From an uncultured Planctomycetales bacterium (GTDB lineage Bacteria; Omnitrophota; Gorgyraeia; Gygaellales; Profunditerraquicolaceae): DNA of 64,000 nt. The notes beneath the pieces were generated by a model. The model was not told the origin of the DNA. It did not search any database and saw only the letters and a program-made list of their open reading frames with translations. The position numbers were made by a program, and so were the translations under genes. Shown here piece by piece: positions 9,348 to 18,865 of the stretch (the stretch's first letter is position 1; each line of letters begins with the position of its first letter). The DNA lies in contig CAZJFL010000001.1 in assembly GCA_964545575.1 (NCBI GenBank), positions 5,742-69,741 on the forward strand, read 5' to 3'.

Positions 9348-9803
9348 TTACTTCCTCCTGCTTTTCATAATCCTGCGCATTGCCAGTTCCGACTCTTTAC
9401 GCTTGAGGGCCTGGCGCTTATCGTATAATCTTTTACCTTTACAGAGAGCAAGCTCTATCTTTAAACGGCCATCATCATTGAAGTATGCCTTAAGCGGCAC
9501 AAGTGTCAAGCCCTTCTGGGTAATTTTACCGGTGATCTTATTGATCTCGCTTCTGTGCAGAAGCAATTTCCGCGGCCTTACCGGGTCAACATTTAAGTAA
9601 CTTGCCTGTTCGTAAGGGCTTATGTGCGTGTTGTATAAAATTATTTCGTTATCTTCCAGGCGCGCAAAGCTGTCTTCCAGTCTTATTTTGGCTTCTCTAG
9701 CCGACTTCACTTCGCTGCCCTTTAACTCTATCCCGCATTCATAAGTTTCCATGACTTCGTAATCGCGGTGGGCTTTGCGGTTGGTAGCGACAGCCTTACT
9801 CAT
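9348..9803 (-). CDS. smpB: SsrA-binding protein
   Basis: NRKAHRDY, GIELKGSEVKS, RKLLLH, GKRLYDKR. Confidence 0.97.
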   Translation of the reverse strand: MSKAVATNRKAHRDYEVMETYECGIELKGSEVKSAREAKIRLEDSFARLEDNEIILYNTHISPYEQASYLNVDPVRPRKLLLHRSEINKITGKITQKGLTLVPLKAYFNDDGRLKIELALCKGKRLYDKRQALKRKESELAMRRIMKSRRK

Positions 9804-10756
9804 TTTATCACGCTTAAGCTAAAATATAAACTTAAAAATACCGGTATGGTGATGATGCTGGCGATATGGCCTAAAAATATCCCCTGGCTGACCAGGAGGT
9901 CATCTTTTTTATAATGCCGGGTGAGCACCGATAATAAAGTAGCCGGCGGCATGGCTAATTGCATCACGATCAATAATCCCACCAATTCCGGTAATTTTAA
10001 TTTTAAGACTAAAACCAGCCCCAGCGCCGGCAAAATCACCAATTTGGCCAGCAGCGCCAGAAACATTTCTTTCCTATTGATATGCGTCAGGCGTATTTCG
10101 GCAAGATTCGCCCCGACCACAAACATCGCTAGAGGTAAAGTGCAATCTCCGACCAGAGAAAGCGGTTTTAACGCTACCTCCGGCATAAACTTATTCAGGC
10201 CCAAATATACGACCAATAATCCCAGCGCCGTAGCGATTACCGGAGGGCTAAATAAACCGGCAAGCTCAAGCCTCGTCTTCTTCTGAAAAGAAATAATCTG
10301 TGCTCCATAAGAAAACATCGCCAGATTAAATCCCGAAAGGAATAAAAACAGATAGATAAACATTACGCTTAACTTATCCGGCGGCAGTAACGCAGCTATC
10401 AGCGCCAGCGGTAAATAGCCGGAGTTCTGAAAAGCAACCAGGCTTAAAAACTGCCGCTTATGCTCTTCTCCCTTCACTAAGCCTGAAAAAACAAAACCTA
10501 TCATCAGGCCGATAGCGGTAATGGCGATGCTGATTAAAGGAAACGTCCACCAGTCAGGATAAAGGCGGAAATTAAAATCCTTCAGCAGCTGGCAAAAGAT
10601 CAAAATCGGCAAGGTGATATCGATTACTATCCGGCTTAAAGAAGTCAGGCCTGCGGAGCTTAAGATTTTCTTTTTGAGCAGAAAGTAGCCGATCGCGCCC
10701 AGAATAAAGATCTGTGCCACGCCTGAGACGGTAATCTTAAAAGACTCTAGAAACAT
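9800..10756 (-). CDS. AEC (auxin efflux carrier) family transporter
   Basis: About 10 hydrophobic segments; FQNSGYLPL, PPVIA, AMPPA. Confidence 0.85.
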   Translation of the reverse strand: MFLESFKITVSGVAQIFILGAIGYFLLKKKILSSAGLTSLSRIVIDITLPILIFCQLLKDFNFRLYPDWWTFPLISIAITAIGLMIGFVFSGLVKGEEHKRQFLSLVAFQNSGYLPLALIAALLPPDKLSVMFIYLFLFLSGFNLAMFSYGAQIISFQKKTRLELAGLFSPPVIATALGLLVVYLGLNKFMPEVALKPLSLVGDCTLPLAMFVVGANLAEIRLTHINRKEMFLALLAKLVILPALGLVLVLKLKLPELVGLLIVMQLAMPPATLLSVLTRHYKKDDLLVSQGIFLGHIASIITIPVFLSLYFSLSVIK

Positions 10757-10778
10757 ACACCCTCCCTAAAGGGATAAT

Positions 10779-10807
10779 ATTATAGCAATAAAAAAACACC
10801 GCCGCAA
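10779..10807 (-). promoter_or_regulatory. Sigma70-type promoter for the AEC-smpB unit
   Basis: TTGCGG-17-TATAAT on the minus strand. Confidence 0.55.
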
Positions 10808-10817
10808 TTCTTTTAAT

Positions 10818-10846
10818 TTGACAGAACTATAAGGCTAAGATATACT
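10818..10846 (+). promoter_or_regulatory. Sigma70-type promoter for tRNA-Leu
   Basis: TTGACA-17-TATACT. Confidence 0.8.
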
Positions 10847-10862
10847 TGAAGTTAAATCTAAT

Positions 10863-10947
10863 GCGGAAGTGGCGGAACTGGCATACGCGTACGCTTCAGG
10901 AGCGTATGGGGTAACCCTTGAGGGTTCAATTCCCTCCTTCCGCACCA
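10863..10947 (+). tRNA. tRNA-Leu(CAG)
   Basis: GCGGAAG/CTTCCGC acceptor stem, TACGC-TTCAGGA-GCGTA anticodon arm, long variable arm, GGTTCAATTCC, encoded CCA. Confidence 0.96.
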
Positions 10948-10955
10948 ACTAAAGG

Positions 10956-12050
10956 CTACCGCGATTTCTTCCAATTATTAAAGCTCTTCTGGTAGGAAAC
11001 AAAGGCGGGCTTCTTAGAAAAGTCCCAGCGGATCAATCCGAAATAATCTACCCCATTACCCCAGTGGTCCTGGGTATCGCGCAAAAATGCCCAGAATACC
11101 CTCTCCACCACCGGATTCTCCAATAATTCTGCGTATACTTCCTTGACCCATTCTGCCTGCCGGCGTTCCGAAGGATTTTCCCCCAGCCACCAGTTTTTTA
11201 CCGCGAGGTTCTTCTTTACTCCCGGGCAGCCGATCTCGGTGACCCAGATTTTTTTCTGGGCATCGCCGTTGCGGGCCATTATTTTATAGGCCGCTTTAGG
11301 GTAAGCTCCCGCTGCCTTCACCGCGCCCGGATTAAGCGGTGACTCAAAGACATGGAGATTCAGAATATCAAAATAACCCCCTGCCCGGTTATCATAAAGG
11401 TTATTTACGCTGGAAATGCCGCTGGCTAAGCCCCCGTTTAGAACTTTGCACTCCGGCACCGCTTCTTTGAGGGCAATATATACCTCTTTAAGCAGCAGGC
11501 AATAACTTTTCAGGCCGTCCTGCTTCAGCCAGTAGATCCGCGAGTCAGGCTCATTCCAGATTTCCCAGTATAAGACTTTATCCTTGTAATGCCCGGCTAC
11601 CCTGACTGCGTAATTGACAAAAACTTTATTATCCGCCGGCGGGCAATTCCATTGGCCGCAGGAAGAAGCCCAGTCAGCGCTATAATCCAATATGCCTAAT
11701 ATTTTTATCCCGTTTTTAACCAGCAGGTCCACAATAATATCGTATTTTTTAAATTCGAACTCTCCCTTTTCAGGCTCAATCTCGTTCCATAAAAAATCCA
11801 TCCTCACCCAGCCGATACCGGCCTCCTTCATCAAGCCAATCGCCTTCTTTAAAGATTTTTTGTCGGGGTATTTGTAGCTATTCCAGGCGTCATTCCAATG
11901 CAGAAATTCCAGTACCCCGAAAGGGTTATTCTCACCGGTAATTTTAGCTATCCGCATTTTATTCTCTCCCTTGGCCTCCCCGGCCATCGCTCTAATAGAA
12001 AAGAGGCAGAAAATGATTAATATTATCCAAAGGTATTTTTTATCGGCCAT
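10956..12050 (-). CDS. Secreted clan GH-A glycoside hydrolase (GH39/GH5/GH42-like); start placed at MADKKYLW
   Basis: Signal peptide; WEIWNEPD acid/base and WVTEIG nucleophile motifs. Confidence 0.8.
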   Translation of the reverse strand: MADKKYLWIILIIFCLFSIRAMAGEAKGENKMRIAKITGENNPFGVLEFLHWNDAWNSYKYPDKKSLKKAIGLMKEAGIGWVRMDFLWNEIEPEKGEFEFKKYDIIVDLLVKNGIKILGILDYSADWASSCGQWNCPPADNKVFVNYAVRVAGHYKDKVLYWEIWNEPDSRIYWLKQDGLKSYCLLLKEVYIALKEAVPECKVLNGGLASGISSVNNLYDNRAGGYFDILNLHVFESPLNPGAVKAAGAYPKAAYKIMARNGDAQKKIWVTEIGCPGVKKNLAVKNWWLGENPSERRQAEWVKEVYAELLENPVVERVFWAFLRDTQDHWGNGVDYFGLIRWDFSKKPAFVSYQKSFNNWKKSR

Positions 12051-13380
12051 GCGGTTTATTTTCAATATTGATATAATCGTCAAAATCCATGTTTTGGCCC
12101 AACTCCTGCTTCACCACCCGAATTCTATCCGGTACGTAGGGATGGCTTTTGAAATAAACCTTTGCCTGAAGCGGCTTCCTCTTATCTATTTCCTGTAATC
12201 TCCTTAAAAAAGTAATCATGGCATGAGGATCATAGCCAGCCGCTTTCATATAGCGTGTGCCTAACTGATCAGCCAGCATTTCATCTTCCCGCGAATAGCC
12301 TGACATTATCGAAGCAAAAGCAATATTTGCGGCATTCGCAACATCTCCTGACTGAGATGCCTGCGCTACTAAAACGCTCAATAATGAATAAGCCATCATC
12401 GCCTGAAGTTTCTTAATGCTGTGCCGGGCGACAATGTGGCCTATTTCATGCCCTAAGACTCCTGCCAGTTCGTCGTCGTTAGCCACCTTATCGAGTAAAC
12501 CTTTGTTTACGTAGACATAGCCGCCCGGAAGGGATACCGCATTTACCTCTTCGTCGGCCAGCACGTAAAAATGGTAATCTATGTCTTTGCGGTCACAGAC
12601 GCTGACGATCTTCTTGCCGATATCTTCCACTCTTTTTTGTAGCAGCGGGTCATCGGCAAATTTTTCGCTCTTGGTTGCTTCCTTGGCAATAGCCCACCCC
12701 ATCGCCACTTCCCTGTCGGTGCTATAAAAAAATACTTCTTCCTGTTTGGTGGCTAGGTTATATTCCGTAGAGCAACCGAAAAGAAAAACGCATAATACCA
12801 GCGCCAGCATTTTGATACCCAGTCTCTTAAAAATAAGGTAAAGTTTCCTCACCGGCAGCCCGACCACATTATAAAAACAGCCTTCGATGCGCCGGATAAA
12901 GAAAGCCCCCCGGCCCTGGATGTCAAAACTTCCCGCCAAATCCTGCGGCGAAACCCGCGCAAAATAATCGTCTATCTCGGCATCCGTCAATTTATCCATA
13001 TAGACTTTGGTTTTTTCATAATCCACTATTGTTTTATTGCGGCCCTTATCGATCACGGCGATACCGGTATAGAGCCATTGCGGCCTGCTGCTTAGCCTCT
13101 TTAGCATGCGATGCGCTTCTTTTAAATCCCTGGGCTTACCGAAAATATCCTTTCCTTGCACTACGATAGTATCGGCGCCGATGATAATGCCGCCTTTGAC
13201 TTTTCTCGCCCCATCTTTTGCTTTATCCAGGGCATTTCTTTTGACTAAACCGGCATAAGAGAAATTCCCCGCTTTTCGTTTTTCCGCTATCCTTGCGGGT
13301 AAAACTTTAAACTTCAGCCCGAATACCCGCAGGAGTTTTCTTCTTGCCCTGGAATCGGAAGCCAGATATATTTTTCTCAA
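12040..13380 (-). CDS. Maf-family NTP pyrophosphatase fused via a lipoprotein signal to an M48 metallopeptidase; probable TTG start at 13380
   Basis: YLASDSRARR, GADTIV, NVVGLP (Maf); MLALVLCVFLFGC; NAVSLPGG, HEIGH, YSREDE..AD, SHP (M48). Confidence 0.85.
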   Translation of the reverse strand: MRKIYLASDSRARRKLLRVFGLKFKVLPARIAEKRKAGNFSYAGLVKRNALDKAKDGARKVKGGIIIGADTIVVQGKDIFGKPRDLKEAHRMLKRLSSRPQWLYTGIAVIDKGRNKTIVDYEKTKVYMDKLTDAEIDDYFARVSPQDLAGSFDIQGRGAFFIRRIEGCFYNVVGLPVRKLYLIFKRLGIKMLALVLCVFLFGCSTEYNLATKQEEVFFYSTDREVAMGWAIAKEATKSEKFADDPLLQKRVEDIGKKIVSVCDRKDIDYHFYVLADEEVNAVSLPGGYVYVNKGLLDKVANDDELAGVLGHEIGHIVARHSIKKLQAMMAYSLLSVLVAQASQSGDVANAANIAFASIMSGYSREDEMLADQLGTRYMKAAGYDPHAMITFLRRLQEIDKRKPLQAKVYFKSHPYVPDRIRVVKQELGQNMDFDDYINIENKPHGR

Positions 13381-13390
13381 TCTTATCTTA

Positions 13391-13480
13391 GGGACACCCT
13401 TTCTGCCAATCGGGAGGGTGTCCCCTTCTAGTGATAACAAGGGACACCCTTAGCTTTAGCAGAAAGGGTGTCCCTTGTTA
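13391..13480. repeat. Two tandem GGGACACCCT...AGGGTGTCCC REP-like hairpins
   Basis: 10-bp arms at 13391-13424; 17-bp perfect arms at 13435-13480. Confidence 0.9.
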
Positions 13481-14711
13481 AGGAGGCGCTCTCACCGGCC
13501 AGATACCCGGTCGAAAAGGCCGCCTGCAGGTTAAACCCTCCGGTATCCGCATCCACATCCAGCATCTCGCCGGCAAAATACAGCCCTTTAATCAGGCGCG
13601 ATTCCATAGTGCGGGGGTTGACTTCCTTTAAAGAAATGCCTCCGCGCGTCACCATTGCCTCGGCAATAGGCCGGGTTTTGCTAATATTCAGGCGCCAGCC
13701 CTTAAAGAGCTCAACTAATTTTCTTCTCTCTTCTTGCGTAAGCTGATTAGCCTTTCTCTCTCTGGCTACGCCGGCGATATCCAGAAATGCCCCTATCATC
13801 CTTTTAGGCAATAGGTTTTTCAAAACATTTTTTATATTCGTTTTGGGACTGGCTTTTAGTTCTCTTAAAAACCTGCCATCCAGCTGTTCTTTAGATAGTG
13901 CCGGCTTTAAATCTATCCAGACCGATACGCCCTTCTTTTCGCTAAGCCACCCGGAGACCTTACCGCTTAAAGATAATACCAGCGGCCCGGAAATGCCGAA
14001 AGCGGTAAATAAAAGTTCGCCTATCTCGGAAACGATTTCTCTTTCTCCGTCGCTAAAAACTAGGCGGATGTTCTTCAATACTAATCCCTCCAGTAAGCGC
14101 GGGTAATGCTGACGAGCCTCCAGAGGCACTAACCCGGGCGCAAACGGCACAATGGTATGGCCTAACTTGCCGGCTATGCTCAAGCCGTCTCCGGTGGAGC
14201 CGGTAAAACCGTAAGATACTCCCCCGGTAGCAAGAATTATTTTCTCGGCGGCGATTACTCCCGCGCCGTTTACTAATAAACCTTTGACCTGCTTATCCTG
14301 AATAAATATGTCTTTGAGGGGGCTTTGATAAAGAATCTTTACCTTATTTTTATGCAGCTCTTTCTTCAGCACTTCTAAAATGCTGTCTGATCTGTTGCTC
14401 TCGGGAAAAACGCGTAGCTGCCTTTCTATCTTTAATCCTAAACCCCGCTCTTGGAAGAAATGCATTAAATCACGGTTAAATAATTTCTTAAAGGCATCCC
14501 GTAAAAACTGTCCGCTTTTAGAAAAACTCTCCAGAAAGGAATCTAAATCGCAGGTATTGGTAAGATTACAGCGGCCCTTGCCGCTTAAAAGAAGCTTTTT
14601 GCCCAAAACGGGATTTTTTTCTACCAGCACGACATCCCGATGAAGCTGGCCCGCCCTGATTGCCGCCATCATACCGGCAGGGCCGCCGCCTACCACCACT
14701 ATTTTAGACAT
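13428..14711 (-). CDS. HI0933/YhiN (BaiN-like) flavoprotein
   Basis: GGGPAG, SGKGRCNLTN, VTRGG, GEMLDVD..TGGFNLQ.AFSTG. Confidence 0.93.
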   Translation of the reverse strand: MSKIVVVGGGPAGMMAAIRAGQLHRDVVLVEKNPVLGKKLLLSGKGRCNLTNTCDLDSFLESFSKSGQFLRDAFKKLFNRDLMHFFQERGLGLKIERQLRVFPESNRSDSILEVLKKELHKNKVKILYQSPLKDIFIQDKQVKGLLVNGAGVIAAEKIILATGGVSYGFTGSTGDGLSIAGKLGHTIVPFAPGLVPLEARQHYPRLLEGLVLKNIRLVFSDGEREIVSEIGELLFTAFGISGPLVLSLSGKVSGWLSEKKGVSVWIDLKPALSKEQLDGRFLRELKASPKTNIKNVLKNLLPKRMIGAFLDIAGVARERKANQLTQEERRKLVELFKGWRLNISKTRPIAEAMVTRGGISLKEVNPRTMESRLIKGLYFAGEMLDVDADTGGFNLQAAFSTGYLAGESASLTRDTLSAKAKGVPCYH

Positions 14712-15264
14712 CCAGGTTTTTTATTTGAAAAATAGATTCTAATTTCAAGCCTGCTTTTTTAAGGTTTTCTTTTGCGCCTTCCTGCCTGTCTACAATCACT
14801 ACCGCCAGGTTTACGCGCACGCCCAGCTTATCCAACGCCTCTTTTGCTTCAATCAAGGCCTTGCCGGTGGTAGCCACATCATCGACGAGGACGACGCGGT
14901 CATTTTTCTTTAATTTCGGGCCCTCGATCCGGCGCTGCATGCCGTGCTCTTTGGCAGATTTTCTGACGATGAATGTCTTAAGGGGCGCCTTACGCATATG
15001 GCTTAAACAGGCAATTGCTCCGACAATAGGATCTGCCCCTAAGGTAGGGCCTCCGATAGCAGCGATATTTTTAGTCCGGGCCAGGCCTAAGATGATAGTG
15101 GCTACCAGATACGCCCCTTCGGGAGTAAGCGTAATCACCCGGCCGTCCAAATAATAATTACTTACCTTGCCGGAAGAAAGTATGAATCTGCCTTTCTTTA
15201 AGGCCTCTTTTTTCAACAGTTTTGCTAACTTTATCTTCAGTCCTTTAAGGGTTCTTTGCGTCAT
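14704..15264 (-). CDS. pyrE: Orotate phosphoribosyltransferase
   Basis: LSSGK.SNYY.D, RK..KEHG, VDDVATTG. Confidence 0.95.
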   Translation of the reverse strand: MTQRTLKGLKIKLAKLLKKEALKKGRFILSSGKVSNYYLDGRVITLTPEGAYLVATIILGLARTKNIAAIGGPTLGADPIVGAIACLSHMRKAPLKTFIVRKSAKEHGMQRRIEGPKLKKNDRVVLVDDVATTGKALIEAKEALDKLGVRVNLAVVIVDRQEGAKENLKKAGLKLESIFQIKNLDV

Positions 15265-15273
15265 GGTAAGTTT

Positions 15274-15302
15274 ATTTTACTATTGTAAAGCTACTGTGTC
15301 AA
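15274..15302 (-). promoter_or_regulatory. Sigma70-type promoter for pyrE (near-leaderless)
   Basis: TTGACA-17-TAAAAT, 9 nt before the ATG. Confidence 0.75.
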
Positions 15303-15321
15303 TGGTGTTATTCGGCAACAT

Positions 15322-15350
15322 TTGACAAATCGGCATTTAATTGTTATCAT
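15322..15350 (+). promoter_or_regulatory. Sigma70-type promoter for comF-lptFG (leaderless)
   Basis: TTGACA-17-TATCAT with extended TG, 6 nt before the ATG. Confidence 0.75.
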
Positions 15351-15356
15351 AGTAAC

Positions 15357-16088
15357 ATGTGGCGTAAGTTTCTAACCGGCCTGACGGATATAATCTATCC
15401 TAAAACCTGCATTTGCTGTAAAAGTAAACTCCAAACTCCGGGCGCAATCAACGGCCTGATTTGTCTGGACTGCTGGCAGAAGATTAAAAGAAATCTGCCT
15501 CCTTTCTGCCACCATTGCGGGAGGCATCTGGAAAATATAAGCTTTGCCAAAAATATCTGCAATAGTTGCCTGAAAAAACGCTTTCATTTTGACCGCGCCT
15601 TCAGCCCCTGCAGGTATGAAGGCACGCTGAAAGTTCTGATACAGGCATTCAAATATAAAGGTTATGACCACCTCGGCCCGGTTTTAAGCGCGTTGATGGT
15701 AGATTTCGTAAAAGAATACCGCGTCCCGGTTGATTTTATGGACTTTATCGTCCCCGTGCCGCTGCATCAATCGCGGCAGAGGGAAAGAGAGTTCAATCAG
15801 GCGGAAATCCTGGGTAACCATCTTGCGGGGGCATTCGCCAAAAAGGCCTTAAACCATAATCTCTTGCGCCACCGCGCCACTAAAACCCAGACTGAGCTCT
15901 GCGATAGAGAGCTGCGCGCCTTGAATGTAAAGAACAGCTTCTCGGTAAAAGAAAAAGAAATTATCCGAGGCAAAAACATCCTTTTGGTCGACGACGTATT
16001 AACCACCGCCGCCACCTGCTCCGAGGCAGCCTCGGCTTTAAAAAATAACGGGGCAAATATTGTTTTTGTCTTGACCTTAGCCAGCTAA
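15357..16088 (+). CDS. comF: ComF family protein (double zinc ribbon + PRTase)
   Basis: CxxC pairs, VPVPLH, REFNQA, LVDDVLTT. Confidence 0.9.
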   Translation: MWRKFLTGLTDIIYPKTCICCKSKLQTPGAINGLICLDCWQKIKRNLPPFCHHCGRHLENISFAKNICNSCLKKRFHFDRAFSPCRYEGTLKVLIQAFKYKGYDHLGPVLSALMVDFVKEYRVPVDFMDFIVPVPLHQSRQREREFNQAEILGNHLAGAFAKKALNHNLLRHRATKTQTELCDRELRALNVKNSFSVKEKEIIRGKNILLVDDVLTTAATCSEAASALKNNGANIVFVLTLAS

Positions 16089-16096
16089 AAAATTCG

Positions 16097-17194
16097 ATGA
16101 AAATACTGCGTAATTATTTCCTCAAAGAGTTTATCAGCCCGATGTTTATGGCTCTGGGGGTACTTACCTTTGTGATGCTCCTAGGCAACACTATCAAAAT
16201 AGCCGATATGGTCATCAATAAAGGCGTGGATTTATACAGCGTAGCCAAGCTCTTTCTTTTTATGATCCCTTACCTGTTAACTTATACCCTGCCCATTGCG
16301 ATACTGGCCGCCACGCTGCTTGCCTTAGGCAGGATTTCTAACGATAACGAAATAGTAGCTATCCGCTCAAGCGGGGTAAACCTCTTCAGCCTCATTTTGC
16401 CGCTTCTCGTCATCGGCATTATCTTAAGCCTGATTATGACCGTCTTTAACGACCGGGTCATACCTTACGCCCGTTATGCCGCCAAGAAAACGCTAATGGA
16501 AGTGGGGATCAAAAGCCCGACCGCAGCCCTGGAGCCCGGTGTATTCATCAACGCCTTTCAGAAATACATCGTATTTATCTACAGCATAGACCACAATAAA
16601 ATGAACAACGTGCGCATCTACGAGCCGCAAGGCGAAGATAAGCCGGCGCGCACCATCATCGCCAAGAAGGGCGAGTTTATCGCTATCCCCGATAAAGGGA
16701 TGATAAAATTAAAGCTCATGGACGGGACATCCGACGAGCCCGACCCCAGCAACCCCACCAATTTCTATAAACTGAATTTTAAAACTTATTTTATGACCCT
16801 GAACCTTTCGCAGGCACAGGATAAAGATCAGGTCAAGAAAAAAACAAAGGATATGACCATACAGGAATTAAAAGACGAGGCCAGACGCCTAAAAAAGGAC
16901 GGCATTGACCCTAGCCCGCTGTTTGTCGAAATAAACAAAAAAGTGGCCCTGGCCTTCTCCTGTTTCGTATTTATACTCCTGGGTTCGTCTCTGGCCATAG
17001 TCACGCGGCGCAGGGAAAAATCGATAAACTTCGGTATGGCCTTTATCATTGCGGGGGCTTATTATCTGCTCCTTCTGGGTTCGGAGGCATTGAGCCTCCA
17101 GGGCCATATCCCGCCGCAAATCGCGATGTGGATACCGAACGCAATCTTTGCGGCTATCGGCGTAATCCTGACCTATAAAATATGCGCATCTTAG
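16097..17194 (+). CDS. lptF: LPS export permease LptF-like
   Basis: DNEIVAIRSSG; three TM - periplasmic domain - three TM layout; WIPN. Confidence 0.85.
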   Translation: MKILRNYFLKEFISPMFMALGVLTFVMLLGNTIKIADMVINKGVDLYSVAKLFLFMIPYLLTYTLPIAILAATLLALGRISNDNEIVAIRSSGVNLFSLILPLLVIGIILSLIMTVFNDRVIPYARYAAKKTLMEVGIKSPTAALEPGVFINAFQKYIVFIYSIDHNKMNNVRIYEPQGEDKPARTIIAKKGEFIAIPDKGMIKLKLMDGTSDEPDPSNPTNFYKLNFKTYFMTLNLSQAQDKDQVKKKTKDMTIQELKDEARRLKKDGIDPSPLFVEINKKVALAFSCFVFILLGSSLAIVTRRREKSINFGMAFIIAGAYYLLLLGSEALSLQGHIPPQIAMWIPNAIFAAIGVILTYKICAS

Positions 17195-18282
17195 ACCGTT
17201 ATATCATCAAATCGGTGCTGGCGATATTTTTTACCTGCCTTTTTACCTTTATTTTACTCTATGTGATTGTCGATGCCTTCTATTACCTGCAGGAAATATT
17301 AAAACAAAAACTCAACCCGGTGGTCATGCTGCAATATTATCTTTCTTACCTGCCGATTATATTCGTGCAGGTCTCCCCCATCGCCTGCCTGTTAGCTACA
17401 CTTTACACCTTTGGCACTTTAAACCGCAACAACGAACTTATCGCCATGCGTTCTTCCGGCTTAAGTATCTTTGACATCACCAAATTGCTGCTTATCTTCG
17501 GGGTGATGGTGAGCCTCCTGGTTTTCTGGGTGAACGACAGGTTTGTCCCGCCGGCGCTCGTTTCCACGCAGAATATGAAAGAACGCCTGGAAAGCGGGGC
17601 AAAAGAAGCGCAGACCAAAAAGCAGGAAAATGTGACCAACCTGGCGATGTACGGGATGAAAAACCGGCTTTACTTTGTAAATAAATTTACCGTAGCTACG
17701 AATACTATGGAGGGCATCACTATTTTAGAGCATGACGAGCACCAGAATATCACTAAAAAAATAGTGGCTAATAAGGGCAGCTATCGCGACGGGCTATGGA
17801 AGTTCTACCAGTGCATTACCTATAATTTTGACCAGAACGGGCAGGTAAAAGGAGAGCCGCAATATTTTGAAGAAGAAATCATGACCATTACCGAGACGCC
17901 GCGAGACTTCTTAAGCCAGCGGCAGCGCCCGGATTTCATGAGCATCCGAGAGCTACAGGACTATATCTGGAAGTTATCTAAGAGCGGGGCAACCAGCGTG
18001 ATCAGGAACCTTAAGGTAGATCTCTACCAGCGTTTTACCGCACCCCTGACGGCGCTGATTATGATCCTGCTCGGGATCCCTGCCTCTTTCATCATGCGCA
18101 GGCGCGCTACGGGCCTGGCCTCCTTTGGCATGGCGATTATGATGGGATTCCTGTTTTATGTCTTAAACGCTGTCAGCGTCGCTCTCGGAAAAGGAGGAAT
18201 GCTTGCGCCCTTCTTATCCGCCAGCCTGCCCCAGCTAATCACTTTTAGCTTTAGCCTCTACCTAATAAAAAAGCTGCCTTAA
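17182..18282 (+). CDS. lptG: LPS export permease LptG-like
   Basis: MRILDRYI, NNELIAMRSSGLS; tandem with lptF. Confidence 0.85.
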   Translation: MRILDRYIIKSVLAIFFTCLFTFILLYVIVDAFYYLQEILKQKLNPVVMLQYYLSYLPIIFVQVSPIACLLATLYTFGTLNRNNELIAMRSSGLSIFDITKLLLIFGVMVSLLVFWVNDRFVPPALVSTQNMKERLESGAKEAQTKKQENVTNLAMYGMKNRLYFVNKFTVATNTMEGITILEHDEHQNITKKIVANKGSYRDGLWKFYQCITYNFDQNGQVKGEPQYFEEEIMTITETPRDFLSQRQRPDFMSIRELQDYIWKLSKSGATSVIRNLKVDLYQRFTAPLTALIMILLGIPASFIMRRRATGLASFGMAIMMGFLFYVLNAVSVALGKGGMLAPFLSASLPQLITFSFSLYLIKKLP

Positions 18283-18298
18283 AGATTATTTGCGTAAC

Positions 18299-18865
18299 TC
18301 AAGGCAAAGTCCCGGTAGTTTTACGGATAGAATACTCCACATATCCGGCGAGCACTTCCTGGACTTTAGGGGACGGGGCTACCACAAAATAATGCGAGAT
18401 TATAGCGTGGGTCATCTCGTGGGCAAGTATCCCTATATTTAATTCCACAAGAGAAAGATAGATGGTGTTTCGAGAAGAAAAATAAAACGAAGGGGCATTT
18501 ATCCTGCTCCCGGAATATTGTTCGGTGAGATCCGAAATAAAGGAATTATTAGGAAGAATGCTGATTGTGCCGTCAAAACTATAAAGATGAATATCTAAGA
18601 TATCGGATACCTCCAGATATATCGAGTCGACGAGTTTGGAAATCACGGCGTTGATATCTTTACCCTTCCTGTTTTCGGAAAAAATGTCTATGTGCAGGAA
18701 ATGTTCGGCATTCAGTTTATTCGCCAGCTCGGTAAGGTCGCAGCCTTCATAATAGGAAACGGTAAAATACTGCGTCCGGATGTTGCGGTCTTGGGCATAG
18801 CCACGCCCGCCGGAGACGGCAAAAACCAAAATTAAGGCAAAATAATACTTTTTAAAAAAGCGCAT
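18299..18865 (-). CDS. Secreted hypothetical protein with a zincin HExxH motif
   Basis: Signal peptide; LAHEMTHAI followed by QEVLAGYVE. Confidence 0.65.
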   Translation of the reverse strand: MRFFKKYYFALILVFAVSGGRGYAQDRNIRTQYFTVSYYEGCDLTELANKLNAEHFLHIDIFSENRKGKDINAVISKLVDSIYLEVSDILDIHLYSFDGTISILPNNSFISDLTEQYSGSRINAPSFYFSSRNTIYLSLVELNIGILAHEMTHAIISHYFVVAPSPKVQEVLAGYVEYSIRKTTGTLP

